Shown here: positions 32,588 to 39,574 of the stretch, piece by piece
Position numbering within the stretch: position 1 is the stretch's first letter
Layout: each line of letters starts with the position of its first letter
Virus record (IMG/VR): IMGVR_UViG_3300034072_000964
Span: 1-42,383 of that record
DNA: 42,383 bases
DNA from: a virus
Strand: one strand, 5' to 3'
Program-made: the position numbers and the translations under genes
The notes under the pieces: model-generated
The model's input: the letters and a program-made list of their open reading frames with translations, nothing else
Databases searched by the model: none
What the model was told of the DNA's origin: nothing

Positions 32588-33111
32588 CTGATGATAAAAC
32601 AAGAATATATTTTTTAGTTGATCCTGCCAGCCCCGTTATGGATGCGGTTAAAGCTGTAAGGCTAAAAAGAAAAGTTTTTGATGGCCATATGTCTGAGCTT
32701 CAAAAAGAATTTAAAGCCAAAAATGTTTGGTATAGAGGGGAATGGATTCTGGGCCTTGAATTTGAAGGGGAAGTTCCAGCGCCATTTAAAAAGAAAGCTG
32801 GAGAAAAATATTGCATTCCAGATAGAACAAGCGCTGGGCGCGCAATGAAAAAGCGATTGGAATCCATAAGAGATTTTTCATGGTTCCAGTTTTCCAGCGA
32901 TCTATCAAAAGATGATGATGATTGTTTTGATGCTGTTGTTGGGCATACTTGGATGTATGCCAGCTTTGGAAACTTTGGAGATAAAGTTATTTTATCGGTT
33001 CCAGCCGCGGCAAAGGTAATCAAAAATAACAAATTGCCAGCCGGATTAACTGAGCTAAAAATGTCCGAGTATTGGGCCATCAAGGAAAAAGAGAAAGAAA
33101 CCCTGGGATGA
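32584..33111 (+). CDS. Hypothetical protein
   Basis: 175 aa. Translationally coupled on both sides. Confidence 0.55.
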   Translation: MTDDKTRIYFLVDPASPVMDAVKAVRLKRKVFDGHMSELQKEFKAKNVWYRGEWILGLEFEGEVPAPFKKKAGEKYCIPDRTSAGRAMKKRLESIRDFSWFQFSSDLSKDDDDCFDAVVGHTWMYASFGNFGDKVILSVPAAAKVIKNNKLPAGLTELKMSEYWAIKEKEKETLG

Positions 33112-33314
33112 ATAACGCTGAAATTGAAAAAAAACTGAAAAAAGGAATCTCAGCTTCCAGCATCGGAATCAAACATCAGATGCTTTGCGAAGTTCTGGCC
33201 GCATTTGAAAACGCATCAGCGCGGCCTTGTATTCCATGCCAAGGCAAAGGCAAATATATTTGTGAAACCGGAATGGAAATATGCCGATCATGTAACGGAA
33301 CGGGGAAGATCTAA
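33108..33314 (+). CDS. Small protein with two DnaJ-type CxxCxGxG zinc-finger motifs
   Basis: 68 aa from ATG 33108. Contains CIPCQGKGK and CRSCNGTGK. Confidence 0.55.
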   Translation: MNNAEIEKKLKKGISASSIGIKHQMLCEVLAAFENASARPCIPCQGKGKYICETGMEICRSCNGTGKI

Positions 33315-33787
33315 TGAAAACTTTTAAGCATAAAAAGCGCGGTACTTTTTACAAAGCAATTGCTGAAGGCAATCTTCAGATTGATAATCCTGTATATGAT
33401 AACATGAAGCTCCAGATCTATCAGGGGGATGATGGAAAGTTTTGGGCTAGGCCAGTTTCAGAATTTAATGATGGCCGATTTGAAGAAATTCCAAATTGCA
33501 TTCATAACCCTGGATATGATCGAATCCATTCATGGTTTTCTTTATCGTATGCGGCCTTTGCTGTATTGCCGCGAGTCCTGATGAATGCCATGCCTGATAG
33601 ATGGCAACATAGAATGGCCGACTGTTTAGAAGAGCTTGATGCGGCATTCCCCAATGCTCCATCCATCAATTACTATTTAACGGCTAAAGGGAAACGGGGC
33701 CGCTTTGAAAAAATTCCTGAATGGCTTTGTAAATATCGTTATCCAGATCAATCCGAAATAGAGAAGGCAAAACGCCATGCCGATTAA
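33314..33787 (+). CDS. Hypothetical protein
   Basis: 157 aa. TAATG junction upstream. Confidence 0.55.
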   Translation: MKTFKHKKRGTFYKAIAEGNLQIDNPVYDNMKLQIYQGDDGKFWARPVSEFNDGRFEEIPNCIHNPGYDRIHSWFSLSYAAFAVLPRVLMNAMPDRWQHRMADCLEELDAAFPNAPSINYYLTAKGKRGRFEKIPEWLCKYRYPDQSEIEKAKRHAD

Positions 33788-34232
33788 ACAGCGCTTAAAA
33801 AAGACACCGCCGCCGCCTTGGAATGCTGAAGAGGATAAAATTCTTTTAGAGCGATCCCAGCGCGGCGATACAATGGCCCAGATAGCGGCCAGGATCAATA
33901 AAGCCTTCAATACAGCGCGGACTCGCATGAGCGTTGCAGGGCGGCTGGATAGGCTGAGAAAAGGGCCAGCAAAACGATTGAACAAATCAGCGCCGAAAAA
34001 GAAACCGATACAAACAACCTTGCCGCCCAGATCCATCAGCTCAGCGCCATTGCCGCCGACTGAGCCAGCGCCGGAAAATCTGATATTGCTTACAGATTTC
34101 AAAGCGGATACATGCCGCTGGCCATATGGTGATAAAGCGCCCTATAAATTTTGCGGCCAGAAAATAAGCGGCTCAAGATCTTATTGCGCCGCCCATACGA
34201 TTAAATCTGATGGGAAATCATCCAAGAAATAG
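33777..34232 (+). CDS. gcrA: GcrA-family cell-cycle regulator homologue
   Basis: 151 aa. The N-terminus W-NAEEDKILLERSQRGDTMAQIAARIN...RMSVAGRLDRL resembles the GcrA DNA-binding domain. A Pro/Lys-rich linker follows. The C-terminal CRWPYGDKAPYKFCGQKISGSRSYCAAH matches the GcrA C.WP.GD....FCG.....YC..H block. Confidence 0.8.
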   Translation: MPIKQRLKKTPPPPWNAEEDKILLERSQRGDTMAQIAARINKAFNTARTRMSVAGRLDRLRKGPAKRLNKSAPKKKPIQTTLPPRSISSAPLPPTEPAPENLILLTDFKADTCRWPYGDKAPYKFCGQKISGSRSYCAAHTIKSDGKSSKK

Positions 34233-34803
34233 AGGCCAGCGCTCCAGCCGCATGAAAAACGCCGCTGAGAATTTCCCCAATCTGGGTTGCGGCGCTTATT
34301 GGGGCTGGTAGGTTTTCATTCCTAAAATTAGGAATAATTGCCCATCCGATCGCATAGGCCCCAGAGCGCGCTAAACCGCCCAGCAATAGCAGAATGGCCG
34401 GAACGTACCAACCAAAGCAAATAAGCGCCAGCGCCCCCGCTGAGGCGTGAAATAGGCCCAAAACGGCATTGCCTATGAAGTCATACCAATAATCCGAAAT
34501 CTTGCCCTTAAGCGGCTTCAGCGCCCAGACAATAATTGATGTTTTATCCGTAGGTTCCCGATCATACCCCATATCTAAAAATGGGGCCGTTCCCATGCGT
34601 TTCAGGAAACCGCCAGCGATCCAGACCAGCGCGGCCCATAACCCTATCCAGGGCCATAAAAGAAGATCTGGCAGGGCATATAAAAACCTATCCCAGATCC
34701 AGGGCGTTTTTGGCCAGCCGCCGCCGCTCATGCGGGATGTAAAGCCGCGCCAAGTTAAAGCCAAGGATGCCAGAATTAAAATTATCATTGCCGCGTTTTC
34801 CAT
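34201..34803 (-). CDS. Polytopic membrane protein of unknown function, last gene of the late block
   Basis: 200 aa. Five or six hydrophobic, Trp/Gly-rich segments. The 3' end overlaps the gcrA-like 3' end by 32 nt. Confidence 0.6.
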   Translation of the reverse strand: MENAAMIILILASLALTWRGFTSRMSGGGWPKTPWIWDRFLYALPDLLLWPWIGLWAALVWIAGGFLKRMGTAPFLDMGYDREPTDKTSIIVWALKPLKGKISDYWYDFIGNAVLGLFHASAGALALICFGWYVPAILLLLGGLARSGAYAIGWAIIPNFRNENLPAPISAATQIGEILSGVFHAAGALASISWMISHQI

Positions 34804-35060
34804 GTTGACTCCATAAAATCAATTGCCGACTCAAGTTGGAGCCGGTATTTTTCAGCTTCAGCCGCAAAATCCAAAAGCCAATCTTCTTTTAGACCTTGCG
34901 CCCCATCGGTTGCAGTTGCCATGCGTTCCAGCATGGAATCTTTCGCTGGCCGCTCAATTATATTTGCTGGCCTAACGGGTAATTGGGATGCATCGCGGGT
35001 TGACTCGCAAGCGTTTAAGCTCAGCAATGCGACTATTAAGAGTGGTAATTTTTTCAGCAT
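34785..35060 (-). CDS. Outer-membrane spanin (Rz1-like lipoprotein)
   Basis: From ATG 35060: MLKKLPLLIVALLSLNAC-ESTRD.., a signal peptide plus lipobox Cys, with a Pro-rich mature part. It starts inside the i-spanin gene in another frame. Confidence 0.65.
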   Translation of the reverse strand: MLKKLPLLIVALLSLNACESTRDASQLPVRPANIIERPAKDSMLERMATATDGAQGLKEDWLLDFAAEAEKYRLQLESAIDFMESTWKTRQ

Positions 35061-35253
35061 GATCTTCAGCCTTTTCTTCAGATAGAATTTTATCATCCTG
35101 GCATTTTTTCAAATCTTTTTGCGCCAGTTCTTTTGCCTGTTTTTCTTCAGCAACTTCTTTATGAAGATGATGAATATAGAATCCGCTCAGCGTTTGAGTA
35201 ATCAACAACGCTATGCAAACATAGCTTAAAATTTTTATTCCCATAGCGCTCAT
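34972..35253 (-). CDS. Inner-membrane spanin (Rz-like)
   Basis: 93 aa. N-terminal TM (ILSYVCIALLITQTLSGFYI) followed by a charged coiled coil. Directly after the endolysin. Confidence 0.65.
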   Translation of the reverse strand: MSAMGIKILSYVCIALLITQTLSGFYIHHLHKEVAEEKQAKELAQKDLKKCQDDKILSEEKAEDHAEKITTLNSRIAELKRLRVNPRCIPITR

Positions 35254-35256
35254 GTT

Positions 35257-35793
35257 CTATTCCTTGTAACAGTATTTTTCGCCATACCCTTTATCCAGCA
35301 TAAATTCAATTTTCTGGGCGGCTTCAGCTTTGGATATAGCGCCATCCTTGTTTGTATCCAGGCCGGAATTGGGCCTGTATTCCTGAGGCGTTATAATGAT
35401 CTTTGTTGATTCAGGCGCGCCAATATAAGCTGGCTTTAAAATGCCCATGTAAATATCGGATATTTTGGCCGTTGGAGTTTTCAGTTTTGAAAATTGATCA
35501 AAATATTTAAAGACCCATTTCAATTGCTCTTCAGGAGTCATGCGCGCCAAAGCCGCGGTTGTTGTCCCCAGACTCTTGGCCGTAAAATCCATAAACTGAA
35601 TGAGTCCGGTTCCTGAAGATCCGGCCATATTTTTGATTGCCGGATTAAATGTTTCCGCTGATTCAAATGCCATGCAAGCCATCAGATAGGATGGGGCGCG
35701 ATCTCCCCAGCGCATAGCCTCGCATCCTTTATAGAGAATTTCTCTAAACTCAGCTGAAACTTTTTTTCCCCAGGCAAGCGGCGGTTTTCTCAT
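35257..35793 (-). CDS. Endolysin, lytic-transglycosylase/lysozyme-like (SLT-type)
   Basis: 178 aa. AFESAETFNP (catalytic E-S) and GTGLIQFM are SLT signatures. It sits between membrane proteins and spanins. The C-terminal DTNKDGAISKAE is an EF-hand-like loop. Confidence 0.7.
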   Translation of the reverse strand: MRKPPLAWGKKVSAEFREILYKGCEAMRWGDRAPSYLMACMAFESAETFNPAIKNMAGSSGTGLIQFMDFTAKSLGTTTAALARMTPEEQLKWVFKYFDQFSKLKTPTAKISDIYMGILKPAYIGAPESTKIIITPQEYRPNSGLDTNKDGAISKAEAAQKIEFMLDKGYGEKYCYKE

Positions 35794-35975
35794 TTTCTAA
35801 TCCTTTTATATTGATAGGGGATCTTACAATCCTTATCCGGAATATCATGTTTCATGCAAAAACTCATAAGCTGTTGCTCAGTTATAATATGATCCTGCTT
35901 ATCCAACAAAACGATTCCAAAAATCGCATTGAAGATTAATGATAGAGAGAGAAGGGATATAAGACGCGGACTCAT
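35790..35975 (-). CDS. Small single-TM membrane protein (holin/antiholin candidate)
   Basis: 61 aa from ATG 35975, with an ATGA overlap with the upstream stop. MSPRLISLLSLSLIFNAIFGIVLL is followed by a charged tail. Confidence 0.45.
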   Translation of the reverse strand: MSPRLISLLSLSLIFNAIFGIVLLDKQDHIITEQQLMSFCMKHDIPDKDCKIPYQYKRIRK

Positions 35976-36400
35976 TGCGGCCCCCCAACTGGCATTCCAA
36001 ACGGAAATGCAAAGAAAAGAGAAATGGCCAGCATCAGATAGAAAACGCAAATATACAGCCAAACATATGTTGAAATTCTTTTGGAAACCCCCTCTTCACT
36101 TTTACGCAAGAGAAACCAGATAAGAACGGTTCCGGCGATTGATAAAAAAGTGAAAATGACATTGCGGCCAAGGCTTCTTTGATCTTCAGTTATGATCTGG
36201 AAAAAATCTGCAAAGTAAAGAGTCCGGCCAGATATGGCTTGGAATACATACGCCAAAACGCCAAACGCAAAAAGCGTTAAGGCGCTGGCCTTGTTTGCCA
36301 AAACCATATTTAACAGCAATACGGCAACAGTTAAGGCTGAGGCAAAAACATAAAATGAAGATGCAAACTCATAACTATTTAGAAAATTTACATCATCCAT
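35972..36400 (-). CDS. Four-TM membrane protein (holin candidate)
   Basis: 142 aa with four hydrophobic helices, two genes upstream of the endolysin. Confidence 0.45.
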   Translation of the reverse strand: MDDVNFLNSYEFASSFYVFASALTVAVLLLNMVLANKASALTLFAFGVLAYVFQAISGRTLYFADFFQIITEDQRSLGRNVIFTFLSIAGTVLIWFLLRKSEEGVSKRISTYVWLYICVFYLMLAISLFFAFPFGMPVGGPQ

Positions 36401-36575
36401 TTTTATGGCCTTGTATTAGTTTTTCAAACTTTAGCAAATTCTGTTGGGAATTTCTACCCGTATTGGTTGAGAGGCGCTTTAACGCCGCAAAGATTCCCAG
36501 CGCGGAGTCGTGAACATCATCAGCGGCTTGCGGGATATTTGTCAATCTGGCCTCATGCTTTTCATCTGTAATCAT
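36393..36575 (-). CDS. Hypothetical protein
   Basis: 60 aa. Overlaps both neighbours by a few nt. Confidence 0.4.
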   Translation of the reverse strand: MITDEKHEARLTNIPQAADDVHDSALGIFAALKRLSTNTGRNSQQNLLKFEKLIQGHKNG

Positions 36576-36994
36576 ATCGCCCTGGCTTCCAGCTTTGAAT
36601 TTATCAAATTCTCTATCTTCTCGCCCCGCGCCTCAACATCTTCCAGCCGCTCCCCGACTCCATTTAAACTTTGCCCTAACGCTTGTAATGTCAAGGATGT
36701 TGTTCCTTGCGTATTGTAATAATTATGAACAAGTTCTTTTACTTCATCATCCCTTTTATCAAGCCGCGCATTATTCTCAGCTTCTTTTTTATCCAAACGC
36801 TCTTGCCATGATGCATCCCGCGCATCCATGCGCGCCTGATTTGCATCCAGCATTTTCCCAACTTTGTTAATGACATAGACGGTTGCGGCCAAAAAGCATA
36901 AAAAGAAAAATAATATAACAGCGGCAACAAACCATTGATTATTCAATAGCGCTTCAATAACGGATTGGCCAGCTTGCGTTGGATCAATTTTCAT
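36572..36994 (-). CDS. Single-TM coiled-coil membrane protein
   Basis: 140 aa. The TM helix WFVAAVILFFFLCFLAATVYVI is followed by charged heptad-like sequence. Confidence 0.55.
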   Translation of the reverse strand: MKIDPTQAGQSVIEALLNNQWFVAAVILFFFLCFLAATVYVINKVGKMLDANQARMDARDASWQERLDKKEAENNARLDKRDDEVKELVHNYYNTQGTTSLTLQALGQSLNGVGERLEDVEARGEKIENLINSKLEARAI

Positions 36995-37157
36995 TGCCGG
37001 ATTTTCCCTTGATCATTTTGGCCAGCTCAACATTATCATCCAACAAGCGCTGTTTATAAAAGATATGATCTTGGATCTTTGTAAAGATCCAATCAATAAA
37101 ACGAAAGTAAAAGGGCGATACCAGAAAGCATAAAATTATAAGCGCCTTGATCGTCAT
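36984..37157 (-). CDS. Small membrane protein (below cutoff)
   Basis: Hand translation gives MTIKALIILCFLVSPFYFRFIDWIFTKIQDHIFYKQRLLDDNVELAKMIKGKSGNEN (57 aa). Its stop overlaps the next ATG (ATGAAAATTGA). Confidence 0.45.
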   Translation of the reverse strand: MTIKALIILCFLVSPFYFRFIDWIFTKIQDHIFYKQRLLDDNVELAKMIKGKSGNEN

Positions 37158-37159
37158 TT

Positions 37160-37666
37160 TTAAGATGCCTTCATTAATTCCCGATAAATGAAAACGCCTG
37201 AAGAAACGGATGCGGCCCAGGCTTGTAATTCCTGTATAGCAGTTTTTACCTGATTGCCAAAGTCTAAAGCAACAACAGTTAGGCCCAGCGCCGAAACCCC
37301 GACAGCCGCTGTTAATGGGGCTGAGGGGCTGGCAATCTTATTGGCCCTATTCCCGCGCCATGCCTTGAGCGCCGATATATCCGCATCCTGATCTGTATTC
37401 TTTTGTTCCGCGGCGCTCATGCGCTGGGATAAGCTCCCCGCGGTTAATTGCAAAGATGTAATACTGGCTTCATTCGCCAGCGCCCGATCCGTCAAAGAAT
37501 TGATTGAGGAATTTACTCCTAAAACGGCCGCATTGTTTTGTTCAAGTGTTGCAACGCGGGAAGCCAGCGTTCCCATTTTGGCTTCATCCGTATCAGCCCT
37601 TGACTCCAAAGTCGTTAAGCGCCCCGCCATTGTTGTATTGCGGGTATTCAGAACGCTCATATCCAT
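37160..37666 (-). CDS. Coiled-coil fibre-associated protein
   Basis: 168 aa from ATG 37666, the first ATG after the upstream stop at 37686. RLTTLESR..RVATLEQN..SITSLQL heptads. Confidence 0.5.
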   Translation of the reverse strand: MDMSVLNTRNTTMAGRLTTLESRADTDEAKMGTLASRVATLEQNNAAVLGVNSSINSLTDRALANEASITSLQLTAGSLSQRMSAAEQKNTDQDADISALKAWRGNRANKIASPSAPLTAAVGVSALGLTVVALDFGNQVKTAIQELQAWAASVSSGVFIYRELMKAS

Positions 37667-37685
37667 CTGGGTTAGGATTCTGATA

Positions 37686-38444
37686 TTACTTGGCATCTGG
37701 CTTTGTACCCCCTTCAGAAACGGCATAAGAAGCCGGATCTGGCTTTGGATAATCTTTCTTGATGCTGGCAACTTCAGCGTTGGCCTCAGCGATCAATGAA
37801 TCCTTTTCAGGCCCATCAGCAAGCCTATTTGCCTCAGCAACAAGCGGATCAACATGAGCTTCATAAAAGCCGCGGCGAATTGTCCGGACGCGCTCAAGAT
37901 CGCGGCTATACGCGCCAGCATTCCATTCTTTTTCCCGCGCCAGCGTTTCAGCAATTTCATCTTCATCCATTGGCTGATCGCCGTATTTTTTGTACTCTTT
38001 ATCAGCTTTGCCAAATTCTACTTTGGCGCGCTTCAGGGCATCAGCCCTTTCATCAAGCGCCGATTGATATTTTTCTTCAGCTTGTCGCGCCGCGGCTTGG
38101 CCAGCGCGCTCCAGATCATCCTGAAGGACTCGCTCAGCGTTATCTATGGCCTTATCATAGATCATCTGGGCGGCTTCCAATCCAGCTTTCATTTCATCTT
38201 TTGCATCATCATCAGCTGTATCAAAAGCCAGCTGAGCCGCATCAAGCGCGGCCTTGCTTTCTGTGTAAGTAATATTGCGCTTTTCAGTTGCAAGCTGAAT
38301 TTGCTCAACAGGAACATCAGCTGGATAATCTTCTTTTCTGATTTCAAGATTTTCAAGATCTGAAATAACCTGTTGTAAAAGTGTATGACGGTTTAAAAGA
38401 TCAACCGGAATTGCAATATGTTTTATAAATTGGCGCTCAGTCAT
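37686..38444 (-). CDS. Acidic helical protein downstream of the tail fibre (function unknown)
   Basis: 252 aa, Ala/Glu/Asp/Lys-rich. Confidence 0.55.
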   Translation of the reverse strand: MTERQFIKHIAIPVDLLNRHTLLQQVISDLENLEIRKEDYPADVPVEQIQLATEKRNITYTESKAALDAAQLAFDTADDDAKDEMKAGLEAAQMIYDKAIDNAERVLQDDLERAGQAAARQAEEKYQSALDERADALKRAKVEFGKADKEYKKYGDQPMDEDEIAETLAREKEWNAGAYSRDLERVRTIRRGFYEAHVDPLVAEANRLADGPEKDSLIAEANAEVASIKKDYPKPDPASYAVSEGGTKPDAK

Positions 38445-38446
38445 TT

Positions 38447-39574
38447 TTATTGTCCTTTGATTCCGAGAATATACGCTTCCCCTGTAATTGTATTTGCAGA
38501 TGGATAAAGTTTAAGGGCATTAAACGCATTCATATCTGAAACATGATTTGCGCCGCCATCATAATAAAATGCATCAGTTATAGTATGATGCCATGAATAA
38601 ACAGAAAGCGCCGCATATCTGTTGGTATTAGACCAGTTATAAAGGCGCGCAAATCCAGCGCAACATTGATTTGCGCCGCCGCCGCCTGGATAATATGCAA
38701 GATTGCAATAAGCGTTTCCGGCTGAAAACCCGCCAGCATTCCCGATTGAAGTTGATCCAGCTGAGCGGCCATAATTCCTTGAAAGCAAAGAGCTGGTATA
38801 AGCCGCGCCAGCATTTTTAGACCATTCACAGCGAATATCGGCTGGAGATCCTGGGAATGTAAAATTGAAATTCAATTCATAATTATCATATCCGGTAATA
38901 CCGGATAGCGAGAGAATGGATGCGCCCGTTACAGCCGCATATGCAATTGGAACGCCATTCCCGCCAATCTTATTCAGTCTTACTTTTTTAGGGCCGCTGG
39001 CGGATGCGTCATAAGTTAAAACAAAATCATTGGCAGTATCTGGGGCCGTATCCTCAGTTAAAAGATTCAAAACCTTCAACAGATCTGTAATGAGCATTTT
39101 ATTATTTGCGCCGGATGATTCCGAAACATCATTGATCAAAACATAATCGCCAAGAGCAATAGAGGCTTCAGCGGCCATGCCAGCAAAATCAACTGAGCCT
39201 GATGCGCTGTTAAGAGAAACAAGTTTTGCATCAATCTGATTGATGGCGCTTTGGACATTGGAGCCAGTTGTATATGTCCGGCCCGTTGGATCGTATGTAA
39301 TGCCGGATGCGGCTGTTACCAATCCTGAAGGCGTGAAAATATTTGTTGTTGTATTTACCGTTCCAATCGGAACATCAGCTGAGCCTGTAAAGAAATTTAC
39401 GACTCGCGGATTAGTTGTATTGTTTACCCAGATCATTCCCGCCTGAGCGTATGAAGGACGGGATGGGCCGGAATGGGATGAATGAAGCGCATCCCGCCAA
39501 GGCTCAATTTTGCCATTGATAAGGGCCGTTCCAGATATGGGAGATTCTATATTTCCTAAATCAAATTGGCTCAT
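38447..39574 (-). CDS. Putative tail fibre / receptor-binding protein
   Basis: 375 aa, Gly/Ser/Thr/Asn-rich, overlapping the J-like gene end by 4 nt. The N-terminus ..WRDALHSSHSGPSRPSYAQAGMIWVN.. resembles N-termini of alphaproteobacterial phage fibres as I recall them. Confidence 0.5.
   Translation of the reverse strand: MSQFDLGNIESPISGTALINGKIEPWRDALHSSHSGPSRPSYAQAGMIWVNNTTNPRVVNFFTGSADVPIGTVNTTTNIFTPSGLVTAASGITYDPTGRTYTTGSNVQSAINQIDAKLVSLNSASGSVDFAGMAAEASIALGDYVLINDVSESSGANNKMLITDLLKVLNLLTEDTAPDTANDFVLTYDASASGPKKVRLNKIGGNGVPIAYAAVTGASILSLSGITGYDNYELNFNFTFPGSPADIRCEWSKNAGAAYTSSLLSRNYGRSAGSTSIGNAGGFSAGNAYCNLAYYPGGGGANQCCAGFARLYNWSNTNRYAALSVYSWHHTITDAFYYDGGANHVSDMNAFNALKLYPSANTITGEAYILGIKGQ

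Noticed and set aside
37796-38363. Plus-strand ORFs of 158 and 169 aa
   Set aside because: Both are antisense shadows of the Ala/Glu/Lys-rich 252-aa gene, and they overlap each other.
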